A stretch of DNA of 32,000 nucleotides, taken from Methanocaldococcus jannaschii DSM 2661 (GTDB lineage Archaea; AGJL01; Methanococci; Methanococcales; Methanocaldococcaceae). The notes under the pieces are model-generated. The model did no database searches and was not told where the DNA came from. It worked only from the letters and a program-made list of their open reading frames with translations. The stretch covers positions 353,581 to 385,580 of the forward strand of contig NC_000909.1 of NCBI RefSeq assembly GCF_000091665.1, in the 5' to 3' direction. Shown one piece after another: positions 19,833 to 29,132 of the stretch. Position numbers and translations under genes: made by a program. Position 1 is the stretch's first letter, and the number at the start of each line of letters is the position of its first letter.

Positions 19833-21020
19833 TTATTCCCAAAGTGTTCCATTTAAATAGCTAATAATTTTATCGTTAGTTTTATTGTATATTTTCCCAA
19901 TTACTGCCTTAATTTTAACACCTTCCTCAGTATCAATCTTTTCAATATTTTTTATTGTTATAACCATTTTCATCTTTCTCATAAAATCTAAAAACTCATC
20001 AAAATCCTCTTCACTATCAAATATAAGCTCAAAGTCTTCAGAAACCCTCTCCCCACTGGCTACTTTATTAATTGTTTCAACCATTGGCAATAAAATTGCC
20101 TCTCCTAAATCTTTAGCCCTATTCTTTCTCTCTTCAAGAGTTTCTTTAAACTCATAACTCATAAATCCCTCTCTCACAACCCTACTGAATAAAAAGTCCA
20201 TTCCTAAATCAAAGAAAAAGGTAAAGGCTGATTTTAAATCTTCACACTGAGTATAGTGAGTTGTGTATTTTATTGGTGAAACAGCCATATCTGGGTCTTT
20301 TAAAACAACCCCTTCTCTTCCTTCTTTGTTTAGCTTTTCAATGATTTCCCTTACATGTATATGAGCTTCATCTTTATCAACTACAGCCAGTGGCTTAACA
20401 TAAGGCAAATTATATTTTTCACATAGGTTTATTCTCTCTTTTATTGGTAAGGATTTATTTGTCTCCCTCTCCTTTATGTCAAATATATAAAATCCAAGAT
20501 TTTCAAAGCCCCTATCAACCTCTTTGTAATAGTAAGGTGTGTAAGGGTTGTTTATGCCAATCATTTCTCCACATAACATATACTCGCTATAGTCATCTAA
20601 AATCTCTAAGTTTAAGAATTTTTTAACTTTTTTTGTTGTAAATGGGCAGATGTAGCCACTTCTTGTTAAGGCATAAACCTCTCCATCTATTTTAACGATT
20701 CTTATATTATATCCGTTCAATTTCTCTTCAATAACAACCTTATCAATAAAATGTTTTTTTATTGTAGGATAGAGAGTTATAGCCCTGTATGTTTTTGGAT
20801 ACCCTCTAACAACATCAAGGTTGTCGTTTAAAAATATAACTGTCCCCTTCTCTATCCCTTTAAATTCTTTTTTAAATAGTAATGTTTTTATTTCTTTATA
20901 TTCATCCTCTCTTAAAATTTTCCTACTAAATGCTTTATTTAAATCTTTTATGGATAAATTGAGTTTTTCTGCTATTTTATTTAAATCGTATGCTGAAACC
21001 TTCATCATTATCAACCTCAT
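19833..21020 (-). CDS. archaeal ATP-dependent RNA ligase (Rnl3-like family)
   Basis: Nucleotidyltransferase motif I EEKLNGYNIRI, EGVVLKDP motif; 395 aa. Confidence 0.85.
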   Translation of the reverse strand: MRLIMMKVSAYDLNKIAEKLNLSIKDLNKAFSRKILREDEYKEIKTLLFKKEFKGIEKGTVIFLNDNLDVVRGYPKTYRAITLYPTIKKHFIDKVVIEEKLNGYNIRIVKIDGEVYALTRSGYICPFTTKKVKKFLNLEILDDYSEYMLCGEMIGINNPYTPYYYKEVDRGFENLGFYIFDIKERETNKSLPIKERINLCEKYNLPYVKPLAVVDKDEAHIHVREIIEKLNKEGREGVVLKDPDMAVSPIKYTTHYTQCEDLKSAFTFFFDLGMDFLFSRVVREGFMSYEFKETLEERKNRAKDLGEAILLPMVETINKVASGERVSEDFELIFDSEEDFDEFLDFMRKMKMVITIKNIEKIDTEEGVKIKAVIGKIYNKTNDKIISYLNGTLWE

Positions 21021-21128
21021 TGCAGAACCTAAGTTTTTATGGCTTCATGTATAACTTATAAATAACTTTAACTATAAACATGATATTATTATTTCTAATA
21101 AATTATGTAGTAAAGAAGTGGGATAAAA

Positions 21129-21617
21129 ATGAAACGACTTAAACTACTGGGAGGGGTTATGTTATTTGCCATAGTGAGCTTGATGGTGTGTGGTTGTATG
21201 GTAGTGTTTCCAAAGAAATATCCTGACGTTCTATACAAAGAATATGATGTGATAAAGATTGAAAATAGGACAATAAATGGTGTAAAAACAGCTATAGTAT
21301 ATCAAGTAAAGACAGAAATTGGTGCGAGGAGTAGCCCATACAGCTTAGATGCCGATAGTAAAAAAGATATTGGAGCAATAACATATTATGTCTTTAAGAA
21401 TACAGACGTTGATGAAGTACAGATTATATGCTACTATGCAGGAGGGGGAGGGCTTCAGCCATACTACAAATTTAAGATAAAGAGAAGAGATGCTGAGTTA
21501 TCTGGACTTCTAAATGTTTCAGAAAAAGAACTACCTTCTGCAACATTATATTATATAGATAAGCTGATATCTTTGGGAGACCTTTGGATTAATGACAGAT
21601 TGCCAGTAAATGGATAA
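21129..21617 (+). CDS. putative membrane-anchored/exported small protein
   Basis: Hydrophobic N-terminus with GGVMLFAIVSLMVCGCMVV Cys cluster. Confidence 0.65.
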   Translation: MKRLKLLGGVMLFAIVSLMVCGCMVVFPKKYPDVLYKEYDVIKIENRTINGVKTAIVYQVKTEIGARSSPYSLDADSKKDIGAITYYVFKNTDVDEVQIICYYAGGGGLQPYYKFKIKRRDAELSGLLNVSEKELPSATLYYIDKLISLGDLWINDRLPVNG

Positions 21618-21638
21618 ACTATTAATGGGGGAGGGAAA

Positions 21639-22211
21639 ATGGTTCGTGTAGTTCCTTTAACTGATGAAGAAAAAATGAGTATTGTTTCAGGATTGAGAAG
21701 TTCAGTTCCTGCTACAAAATTGGTGACATTGAGAAAGTTACAGGAGATTGCTGAAGTTAGACCAGAGGCAATTTTATACTTGGATACTTACGATAAAGTA
21801 ACGTTGAATGAAATTATCACATTACTAAATCAGATAATTGAATACGACCCTGATGAGATTCTAAGAAGAGAAGCAATGATAACTCTTGAAAAAGTTAAGA
21901 AAGCTTTGGGAACTAAGTTTTCAACATTTGTTCCTCTCTGTAATTCATGTAAATCTCCAATTGATTTGGGATGGACTTACTGTACTAACTGTGGGGCTGA
22001 GATTAAAAATATGACATTTGAAGAAGAAGTAGAAAGATGTCCAAACTGTAATAATTATATTTCAGATTCTTGGAAATACTGTGCTCACTGTGGTGCAAAG
22101 CTAAAAGAAGAGGAGGAAGAGGTTTTAAGATGTCCAAACTGTAAAAGACCTGTACAACCCGAGTGGATCGTCTGTCCATACTGTGGCTATAGACTTAAAA
22201 GAAAACCATAA
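21639..22211 (+). CDS. multi-zinc-ribbon protein (DZANK-like) with HEAT-like helical N-terminus
   Basis: Three zinc-ribbon units: CNSCKSPIDLGWTYCTNCG, CPNCNNYISDSWKYCAHCG, CPNCKRPVQPEWIVCPYCG. Confidence 0.8.
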   Translation: MVRVVPLTDEEKMSIVSGLRSSVPATKLVTLRKLQEIAEVRPEAILYLDTYDKVTLNEIITLLNQIIEYDPDEILRREAMITLEKVKKALGTKFSTFVPLCNSCKSPIDLGWTYCTNCGAEIKNMTFEEEVERCPNCNNYISDSWKYCAHCGAKLKEEEEEVLRCPNCKRPVQPEWIVCPYCGYRLKRKP

Positions 22212-22213
22212 AA

Positions 22214-22927
22214 TTAGATGTTTAATTTTCTTCTAACATTTTTCACAACTTTGCTATATAACGCTATATTATACTTGCTTCCTAACTTCCCATAGTGCCA
22301 TCTTGTTTTCCATGGATTTTTTAGTAAGTTGGATTTTGCTTTTAACAGCTCGTCAGTTTTTATTTTCAATAAATTTAAGAACTCCTTTGGTGACAAATCA
22401 TCTGGTTTTTCTATATTTAGCTCGCTAAACTTTATATAAGCGTTTCCAACTTCCCATATAAAATGGGCGTCACTCCCAAAAGCCATTGCAAAATCATATT
22501 TTTCAGCATATTCAAGAGCTTTTAAGTTTGGTTCTATACTCCTACATCTACTGTTGAATACTTCAACAACATGAACATACTTTAAAAACTCCCTCTCTTC
22601 TAATACGTTGAATTTTGCTAAACTTCTTCTTCTATTTAAATCAAAGGGATGTGGAAGGTAGATTAAAGCTCCCTGCTCTCTAACTCTATCTAATGCTTCA
22701 TATAAATCCAAATTTGCTGGTATTTCTTCAGTTAGGAATAGACCAATAAATTCTCCACTATTTGTTGCTATCTCCTCCCCAGGTATTGCAAAATTTAGTT
22801 TAGTTAGTTTATTATGGTCACAAATCGCTGGGACAATATTTTTCTTTATACAAAATTTTTCTAAAAGACCTTTTGGATTTAAAGAACATTTGCTTACTAT
22901 AGAATGAACGTGTAAATCCACTTTCAT
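22214..22927 (-). CDS. PHP-domain metal-dependent phosphoesterase
   Basis: MKVDLHVHSIVSKCS; ICDHNKL; PHPFD; GSDAHF. Confidence 0.9.
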   Translation of the reverse strand: MKVDLHVHSIVSKCSLNPKGLLEKFCIKKNIVPAICDHNKLTKLNFAIPGEEIATNSGEFIGLFLTEEIPANLDLYEALDRVREQGALIYLPHPFDLNRRRSLAKFNVLEEREFLKYVHVVEVFNSRCRSIEPNLKALEYAEKYDFAMAFGSDAHFIWEVGNAYIKFSELNIEKPDDLSPKEFLNLLKIKTDELLKAKSNLLKNPWKTRWHYGKLGSKYNIALYSKVVKNVRRKLNI

Positions 22928-23043
22928 TGATGTCCCCGATACTATTTATAAGAATTTTTAGAATTTTAAGATTCATTAAGACAATCATTAATTTAAGTTT
23001 TACTAACATAAATTATTAACAGTTTTATGATCTGGTGATAATT

Positions 23044-23808
23044 ATGAAAAAAATTGGCATACTCGAAATAGTTGTTATATTGTCTATATTAATAACTTCT
23101 GTATCCTTGGCATATAAATTTTATAGTAATAATGGAAATGATTATGAGTTTGATGGAAACCAGATGTATAAATGTGCATGGGTATGTGAGAAAATTTTGA
23201 ATAAAAATTTTCCTTTAAATGCCACTATTATTGGAAAATGGACGCTATCTAAAAAACCTTTCAATGGAGAGGTTAAGATATACGATGCAAAAGGGGGAAC
23301 GTTATATGCAATATATAATGGAACACCAATAACTATTGGTGGAGAATTGGCTTATCAGGAAGATATAGCTGCAAAAAAAATAATATTGCATCCTATTGGA
23401 AAGTCAATAATATTTTATGAATTAAACCCAATAGAAGGAAAGTCATTCAGAGATATTGCAAATGAAATAGAAAACACAACAAAAAACTTTAATGGGTTGA
23501 ATATTGTTGATGTTATAGTTGAGGGTAGTATGGGAGTTGATTCAAAAACATATACGCCAGTTGAAAGACAAAAGATTATGAATAATCTTGATGTTGATAT
23601 TAAAAAAGGTTTAGGCCTATATTTTGTTGATTATGGAATTATAATTAATGGAAAAATTCATTTGAATACATTAAAAAATCTTGATAACTATATAAACTCT
23701 TCAAATATCTCAACATCAAAATTAACTATCTATGTTGTTGTAAATAATTCAATAGATGAGATACCCAATAAAATAAAGGAAAACTATGCTATTATTACAT
23801 TGGGATAA
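23044..23808 (+). CDS. membrane-anchored exported protein (DUF4330-like); start at 23044 preferred over 23035
   Basis: Single N-terminal TM (ILEIVVILSILITSVSLAY), Asn-rich extracytoplasmic domain, GGTGAT RBS just upstream. Confidence 0.65.
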   Translation: MKKIGILEIVVILSILITSVSLAYKFYSNNGNDYEFDGNQMYKCAWVCEKILNKNFPLNATIIGKWTLSKKPFNGEVKIYDAKGGTLYAIYNGTPITIGGELAYQEDIAAKKIILHPIGKSIIFYELNPIEGKSFRDIANEIENTTKNFNGLNIVDVIVEGSMGVDSKTYTPVERQKIMNNLDVDIKKGLGLYFVDYGIIINGKIHLNTLKNLDNYINSSNISTSKLTIYVVVNNSIDEIPNKIKENYAIITLG

Positions 23809-23809
23809 T

Positions 23810-24850
23810 ATGGGGAAGATTGAGCTTCATCATGTATTTGTTATGTTATCTTGCATTTATTTAATATTTTCAGACATTTCAATAAATTCAGCAGTAGTTT
23901 TTTTATTTTCATCAATATTCTTTTATATATCTTTTACTGCTGGTAAAAGGTTATATTATTTAATTGGCATAGATAAAGAGAATTTAAAAATAAACTTAAA
24001 GAAGCATTATAATTTTGGAATTTTTTTAATGATAGTTGGATTGATAGCAGTAACCTCTGACTTAATTTGGGTTAAAGATGTTCCTTTATTTAATCCATTG
24101 TCAAGAAAATTTTTAAATGTTTATTTTACAACATTATCTCATCTCTTTTTGGTAGGTTGGGCAATTGTAGTAGCTTCTTCCAATATTGATAAGAAAAAAA
24201 TCTTGTTATATACAATTATATTTTCAATACTAATCATGCTCCTTGGATATAGGACAAATGTATTAGTTTTGTTAATTTCTGTTGGAGCAATTCTGTATTA
24301 TAAAAATAAAATATCTAACAGAGAGATTTTAAAATACGGAATTCTTGTCTTTGTTATTTTATTGGGGTTGTCAATATTAAGATTGTATGCTTTGGGGGTT
24401 GAAGGAAATCCAATCACATCAAGAATATCTTTAACTATGAGTATCTATGACATAATATTCAACAACTTTAATGGTGTTTTTAATGGTTATATTCATTATT
24501 CGGCAGTGTTTTCATATCTTGGACTATGCAATGGAGCGAGAACCGTTATAGCTAAAACATTAGGGATTTATAATGTGAGTATAACACCAACAATAGTTGG
24601 GGCAGTTATTGGAGATTATGGGACTTTGGCTATAATCCCATACTTTGGGATATTAGGGATATTTTTAGGGTTCTTTTATAAATTGGCAAAAGATGTTAAA
24701 GGGATTTATTTAGGGATTTATGGAATATTGTTTGCCTATACGCTTATAGGAATTGAAAGTGGGATTTTGGATATAGATGTAATCCTCTATTATTTCTTTG
24801 GGTTGATACTATGCATATATGCAATATTATTGAGAAAATTAAAAAGATAG
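23810..24850 (+). CDS. polytopic membrane protein, oligosaccharide repeat-unit polymerase-like; start 23810 preferred over track start 23786
   Basis: Many TM segments, GYRTNVLVLLISVGAILYYKNKIS; resembles archaeal EPS/O-antigen polymerase-type proteins. Confidence 0.6.
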   Translation: MGKIELHHVFVMLSCIYLIFSDISINSAVVFLFSSIFFYISFTAGKRLYYLIGIDKENLKINLKKHYNFGIFLMIVGLIAVTSDLIWVKDVPLFNPLSRKFLNVYFTTLSHLFLVGWAIVVASSNIDKKKILLYTIIFSILIMLLGYRTNVLVLLISVGAILYYKNKISNREILKYGILVFVILLGLSILRLYALGVEGNPITSRISLTMSIYDIIFNNFNGVFNGYIHYSAVFSYLGLCNGARTVIAKTLGIYNVSITPTIVGAVIGDYGTLAIIPYFGILGIFLGFFYKLAKDVKGIYLGIYGILFAYTLIGIESGILDIDVILYYFFGLILCIYAILLRKLKR

Positions 24851-25953
24851 ATTTGTTTCATCCGGTATCTATTGTTATAATTGGGCATTTAATGATTTTT
24901 ATATTAGCTTTTCCATATTTGGATGATATTGGATTATATTCTTTGTTTAAAATTTTAGGAGTTTTATCAATTTTTATTGTAGGGTTTTTTTTACCATTTA
25001 TTTTTCCTATGCAAATTAAATTTAATAGGCATATTTTGTATCTTTCATTTCTTCTACTATCTTTTTTATCAATATTTGGGGCTTTTAAAATTACGCATTC
25101 GCTGTTTTTATCTATAGCTTATTTGCTATTTATTCTTATAATTGCAGAACTTTTCGTAAAATTTTATAAAAAAAAGATATTTGTTGATATCTTATTTTCT
25201 ATTGGAATTATTGCTTTTCTTTTAATAGTTTTGATTTACGGGGCTATTCCTCTATTTAATTATGAGGTAAGGATGACTATTAATTCAGAACCGTTAAGAT
25301 TAATATCCATGGGGGCTTTAATTTATGCAGGTATTGAAAATAAAGTTTATTTTATAATTGCGTTTATGATTTTGGTTTTATTGGGATATAAAGCAGGAGT
25401 TTTAATGCTTTTTATTGCCTATATTATATATAGATATAGAAACATTTTATTTAAATATATGGTTTTATTGGCATTTGCTTTATTAATCTTTTTAGGAATT
25501 ATGGGAAAAATTATCCTACTCTCTTCTAATCAAAACTGGGATTTAAATCCAATAGAACTTTTATGCTATAGAGCTTATTTTGATTTGTATGTTCTTAGTA
25601 AGATTGTTGAAAGCAATATATTAACTCTTGGGAAAATTACTTTAACCCCTAATGGGGAGCACTTTATAGGTGAGTTACTCTTTAAATATCCTCATAACAT
25701 TACAACAACATTATTTGGAACTATATATCTTGATTTTGGAATTTTTGGGGGTTTATTTGCTATGCTGTTGGGAGTTATATCAAAATATATATATGAGGGA
25801 GATAAAAAGCTCTATGCAATATATGCCTCTCTATTATTGGCTTACTGTGAGATAGGCATTAACTATGGATTTTTAGTAGTTTTATCTCTACTATTGTATA
25901 TAAATGCAAAACTAGTCTTTGCAAAACTGTTAAAGCTTATAAATGAACTTTGA
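24811..25953 (+). CDS. second polytopic membrane protein, same general family as 23810-24850
   Basis: Overlaps the previous gene; GYKAGVLMLFIAYIIYRYRN parallels GYRTNVLVLLISVGAILYYKN of the upstream protein. Confidence 0.6.
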   Translation: MHICNIIEKIKKIDLFHPVSIVIIGHLMIFILAFPYLDDIGLYSLFKILGVLSIFIVGFFLPFIFPMQIKFNRHILYLSFLLLSFLSIFGAFKITHSLFLSIAYLLFILIIAELFVKFYKKKIFVDILFSIGIIAFLLIVLIYGAIPLFNYEVRMTINSEPLRLISMGALIYAGIENKVYFIIAFMILVLLGYKAGVLMLFIAYIIYRYRNILFKYMVLLAFALLIFLGIMGKIILLSSNQNWDLNPIELLCYRAYFDLYVLSKIVESNILTLGKITLTPNGEHFIGELLFKYPHNITTTLFGTIYLDFGIFGGLFAMLLGVISKYIYEGDKKLYAIYASLLLAYCEIGINYGFLVVLSLLLYINAKLVFAKLLKLINEL

Positions 25954-25977
25954 ACGCCTTCCTATTGAAGGCGTTCA
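25951..25977. terminator. 11-bp perfect stem hairpin overlapping the stop codon of 24811-25953
   Basis: TGAACGCCTTC-CTATT-GAAGGCGTTCA. Confidence 0.55.
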
Positions 25978-25995
25978 TTAAATACATAATATATT

Positions 25996-26023
25996 CTAAA
26001 ATATTTTACCTAAAATATTTTAC
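25996..26023. repeat. two perfect 14-nt tandem repeats with palindromic core
   Basis: CTAAAATATTTTAC CTAAAATATTTTAC. Confidence 0.85.
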
Positions 26024-26056
26024 AAAGAACTATAAAACACTTAAAGAGGGATAATC

Positions 26057-27139
26057 ATGAAGTTTATAATAAAAACTCAAAAAGGTTTTGAAAATATCGT
26101 TGTGAATAATCTAAAAGAAATTGTTGATGATTTTAATTATATCGTTTCTCCTGATGGTTATCAAGGTATTGTTATAGTTGAGAGTGATGAAGATATTGAA
26201 GACAAAATACTACAAATCCCAGAGGTTGAGAGAGTTTTAAAAGTTTATTTTGAAACAGAAACAGATTTTGATAAAATAGTTAATTTAGCTGAAAAGATTA
26301 AAGATTACATAAAAGAGGATGAAACTTTTGCTGTAGAAACTAAAAAAAGAGGAAAACATGATTTCAGCTCAACAGATATAAACATTGTTTTGGGAGCTAA
26401 GATTAAAGATTTAACAAATGCTTCAGTTGATTTAAATAATCCAGATAAGGTTGTTCATGTTGAAGTATTTAAAAATAAAACTTATGTATCAATAACCCCT
26501 GGAGAAAAGTTCAAAAAATATACCAAGGAGAAAAGAAATGCGAGAGAGTTATTTAAAAAAGTTGTTATTGTGCAAATGCCATATTTGGGAGAAAAAATTG
26601 TTTGTAAAAGGTTTGGGGAAGCTATTGGGAGAGCAGCTCAAGGATTTGAAGTTAAGGAGTTAATTATAGCACCAAAAGAAAAAGTTGATGCCTATGAATT
26701 GATGGAATTTATTAAAGGAGTTAAGATTGGGCAGCACTCAAGATATGAGATTCAAAAGAGAGCTTATCCATTTGAAATTAAGTTAGTTCCAGTGACTGTT
26801 CAAGATTTATATCAGGTTGTTAGGGATAAGAGGAGAGATAATAGATTGTTAATAATTACTGACCCAAAAGGAGATGAGTTATCAAAAATTAAGGATAAAT
26901 TAGCTTATGATTTAAGAAAAAAGAGAGAAATTATTGTATTTTGTGGTTCAAGGGAGGGGATTCCAAGAGGATTATTTAGATTTGCTGACTATATAGTAGA
27001 TTTAGCTCCACATATGACATTTGCTACTGAACATGCTATTCCTGCTGCTTTAATAGCTTTATGGGGAGTTTATAGTGGAGAGGATTTGGAAAATAGCTCT
27101 AAAGAAGAAAAAACAGAATCTAACTCAAATGGTGAATAA
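26057..27139 (+). CDS. THUMP-domain RNA-binding protein with C-terminal SPOUT-like region (COG1818-like)
   Basis: 360 aa; N-terminal THUMP-like region, C-terminal IVFCGSREGIPRGLFRFADYIVDLAPHMTFATEHAIPAAL. Confidence 0.75.
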   Translation: MKFIIKTQKGFENIVVNNLKEIVDDFNYIVSPDGYQGIVIVESDEDIEDKILQIPEVERVLKVYFETETDFDKIVNLAEKIKDYIKEDETFAVETKKRGKHDFSSTDINIVLGAKIKDLTNASVDLNNPDKVVHVEVFKNKTYVSITPGEKFKKYTKEKRNARELFKKVVIVQMPYLGEKIVCKRFGEAIGRAAQGFEVKELIIAPKEKVDAYELMEFIKGVKIGQHSRYEIQKRAYPFEIKLVPVTVQDLYQVVRDKRRDNRLLIITDPKGDELSKIKDKLAYDLRKKREIIVFCGSREGIPRGLFRFADYIVDLAPHMTFATEHAIPAALIALWGVYSGEDLENSSKEEKTESNSNGE

Positions 27140-27171
27140 CTTAATCTTTAAATTTTTATTTAATAGGTTGC

Positions 27172-27229
27172 ACTGCACCCACTATGGGGTGCAGTAAAAA
27201 TATACACCCTACCTACTCTGAGGTAGGGT
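27172..27229. terminator. tandem double hairpin between convergent genes
   Basis: ACTGCACCC-actatg-GGGTGCAGT (27172-27195) and ACCCTACCT-actctg-AGGTAGGGT (27206-27229). Confidence 0.6.
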
Positions 27230-27333
27230 TAAAAATAACCTCAATTATATCTTTATTTATCATTACAAGTTTTTTGTTATTTAAAATTTTTGGTTGGGAG
27301 AAATAAAAATTTTTAATAAACGATTTAGAATTT

Positions 27334-28157
27334 TTAAAACTTAATCTCATTCAATCCCAAAACGTCAAATGTATTATAAATGCCTTCTTTTTTATCAGCA
27401 ATGTATCTTATAGCCAATATAACTCCATTAACAAACGCTTGCCTACTACTTGCTCTGTGAGTTAGCTCAATCCTCTCTCCATCTCCAGCAAATATAACTG
27501 TGTGGTCTCCTACAACATCCCCGCCCCTTAAAGCATGAATCCCAATCTCTTCCTTCTTTCTCTCTCCAGTCATTCCATATCTCCCATAAACAAATACACT
27601 TTCAATTCCTCTATTAGCTTTTATAATCTCAGCTGCTCTCAAAGCAGTTCCTGAAGGAGCGTCCTTTTTATATCTATGATGCATCTCTATAATTTCAATA
27701 TCATAATCCCCTAATTTCTTTGCTAAAAACTCTAAAGTTTTGAAAAATATATTAACTCCAATTGCAAAATTTTGAGATATTACAGCAGCAACATTATTTT
27801 CTTTTATTGCTTTTTCAATCTCTGCCTTTTGCTCTTCAGTAAATCCAGTAGTCCCAATAACTAAATTAACCCCATTTTTAGCAGCTATTTTAACATTTTC
27901 AACACATGCATGGGCTATGGTAAAATCAACCAATACATCTGGCTTTGTTTCTTTTAAAACCTTATCTAACTCATCTGCAGTTGATAATGGAACTCCAATT
28001 TTACCAATGCCTATTAACTCTCCAACATCCTCTCCTTTTTTTGGATGATTTGGAACTTCAAATGCACAAACAACTTTCATATCTTCTTGCTGAGTTATGG
28101 TTTTAATTATATTGCTTCCCATCCTTCCTAAAGCTCCTGTAACTGCCACTTTAATCA
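27334..28157 (-). CDS. dapB: 4-hydroxy-tetrahydrodipicolinate reductase; track start 28206 is probably too far upstream
   Basis: MIKVAVTGALGRMGSNIIKTI; EMHHRYKKDAPSGTA; SRQAFVNG. The extra track N-terminus MRVIILKIKKIFMVMI is not conserved-looking. Confidence 0.95.
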
Positions 28158-28286
28158 TAATCATCACCATAAAGATTTTCTTAATTTTTAGAATTATTAC
28201 TCGCATTATTTATAAATAGTTGATGCAATATAAATGATGTAGGCTAAGTATTATACTTTATCAACAGCATTATGTATGGGATAGTT

Positions 28287-29132
28287 ATGTTCGTGAATAG
28301 AAAAGAGGAGCTTGAATTTCTTGAAAGAAAGTGGAATGAGAATAAAGCCAACTTAATAATCCTATATGGGAGAAGAAGAGTTGGAAAAACGATGCTTATA
28401 AAAAAATTTCTTGAAAATAAAAAAATAAAAAGGGCATCTATATTTTGCTAACCAACGATTCCATGAATGAGAATCTAAATGAGTTAAAGAGAGTATTTTC
28501 AAGCTTAACTGGAAAGGAATATTTTAAAAACTTGGATGTTGGATTGGTAGATCTTTTTAGATATTTGAGAGATGAGATTAAGGATGAGAAGGTTGTTATA
28601 GCACTTGATGAATTTCAATACCTAATGCAATTAAATAGAGGAGTTTTAAGCATATTTCAAAAGATTTGGGATGGGATTTTGGCAGATACGAAGGTTTTTT
28701 TAATAATCTGTGGTTCAAGTTGTGTATCCAAACATGGCAGATTTAGAGATTGGTAATGTGAAGGAGGTTTATAACAAAATCTTAGCATCTCTAAATGAAT
28801 ACTATGGTAAAATGTTTGAAAACCTTGTATTTGAGATGCTTAAACTTAAAATTATTGATTTTGGTCAAAAAAGTGTGGCTAAGTGGTGGCATAAGGGAGA
28901 AGAGATTGATGTTTTAGCTTATAACAATAATAAGATGATTGCCTTTGAAGTAAAATGGAAGGATTTGAGCTTTAAAGAAGCAAAAGGGATTTTAAGGGAT
29001 TTGGAAAGAAAACTTGATAAAGTTGATTTTGATGGAGAAAAAGAGTGCTACATCATAGCAAAGAGTATTGAAGGAAAAGAAAAACTAAAAGCACTTGATT
29101 TAATGGATTTGGAGAAATTAATTATCTTCTAG
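28287..29132 (+). pseudogene. decayed archaeal AAA-type ATPase with C-terminal DUF234-like domain
   Basis: Three frames needed: 28287-28455 MFVNRKEELEFLERKW...LIILYGRRRVGKTMLIKKF (Walker A), then 28445-28756 VVIALDEFQYL (Walker B), then 28710-29132 [28 protein letters not shown]. Confidence 0.85.

Noticed and set aside
19885-20157. Antisense ORF inside the RNA ligase gene (and similar ones at 817-1008, 1952-2134, 7100-7297, 8567-8783, 30433-30762, 31120-31347)
   Set aside because: All are shadows of strong coding regions; compositions reflect the complementary strand and there is no independent RBS/motif support.
28207-28286. AAGTATTATACTT palindrome and ATGATG/CTAA-like boxes considered as a C/D box sRNA or operator
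   Set aside because: Boxes do not match C/D/C'/D' spacing and the region is short, AT-rich promoter DNA; the palindrome alone is weak evidence.
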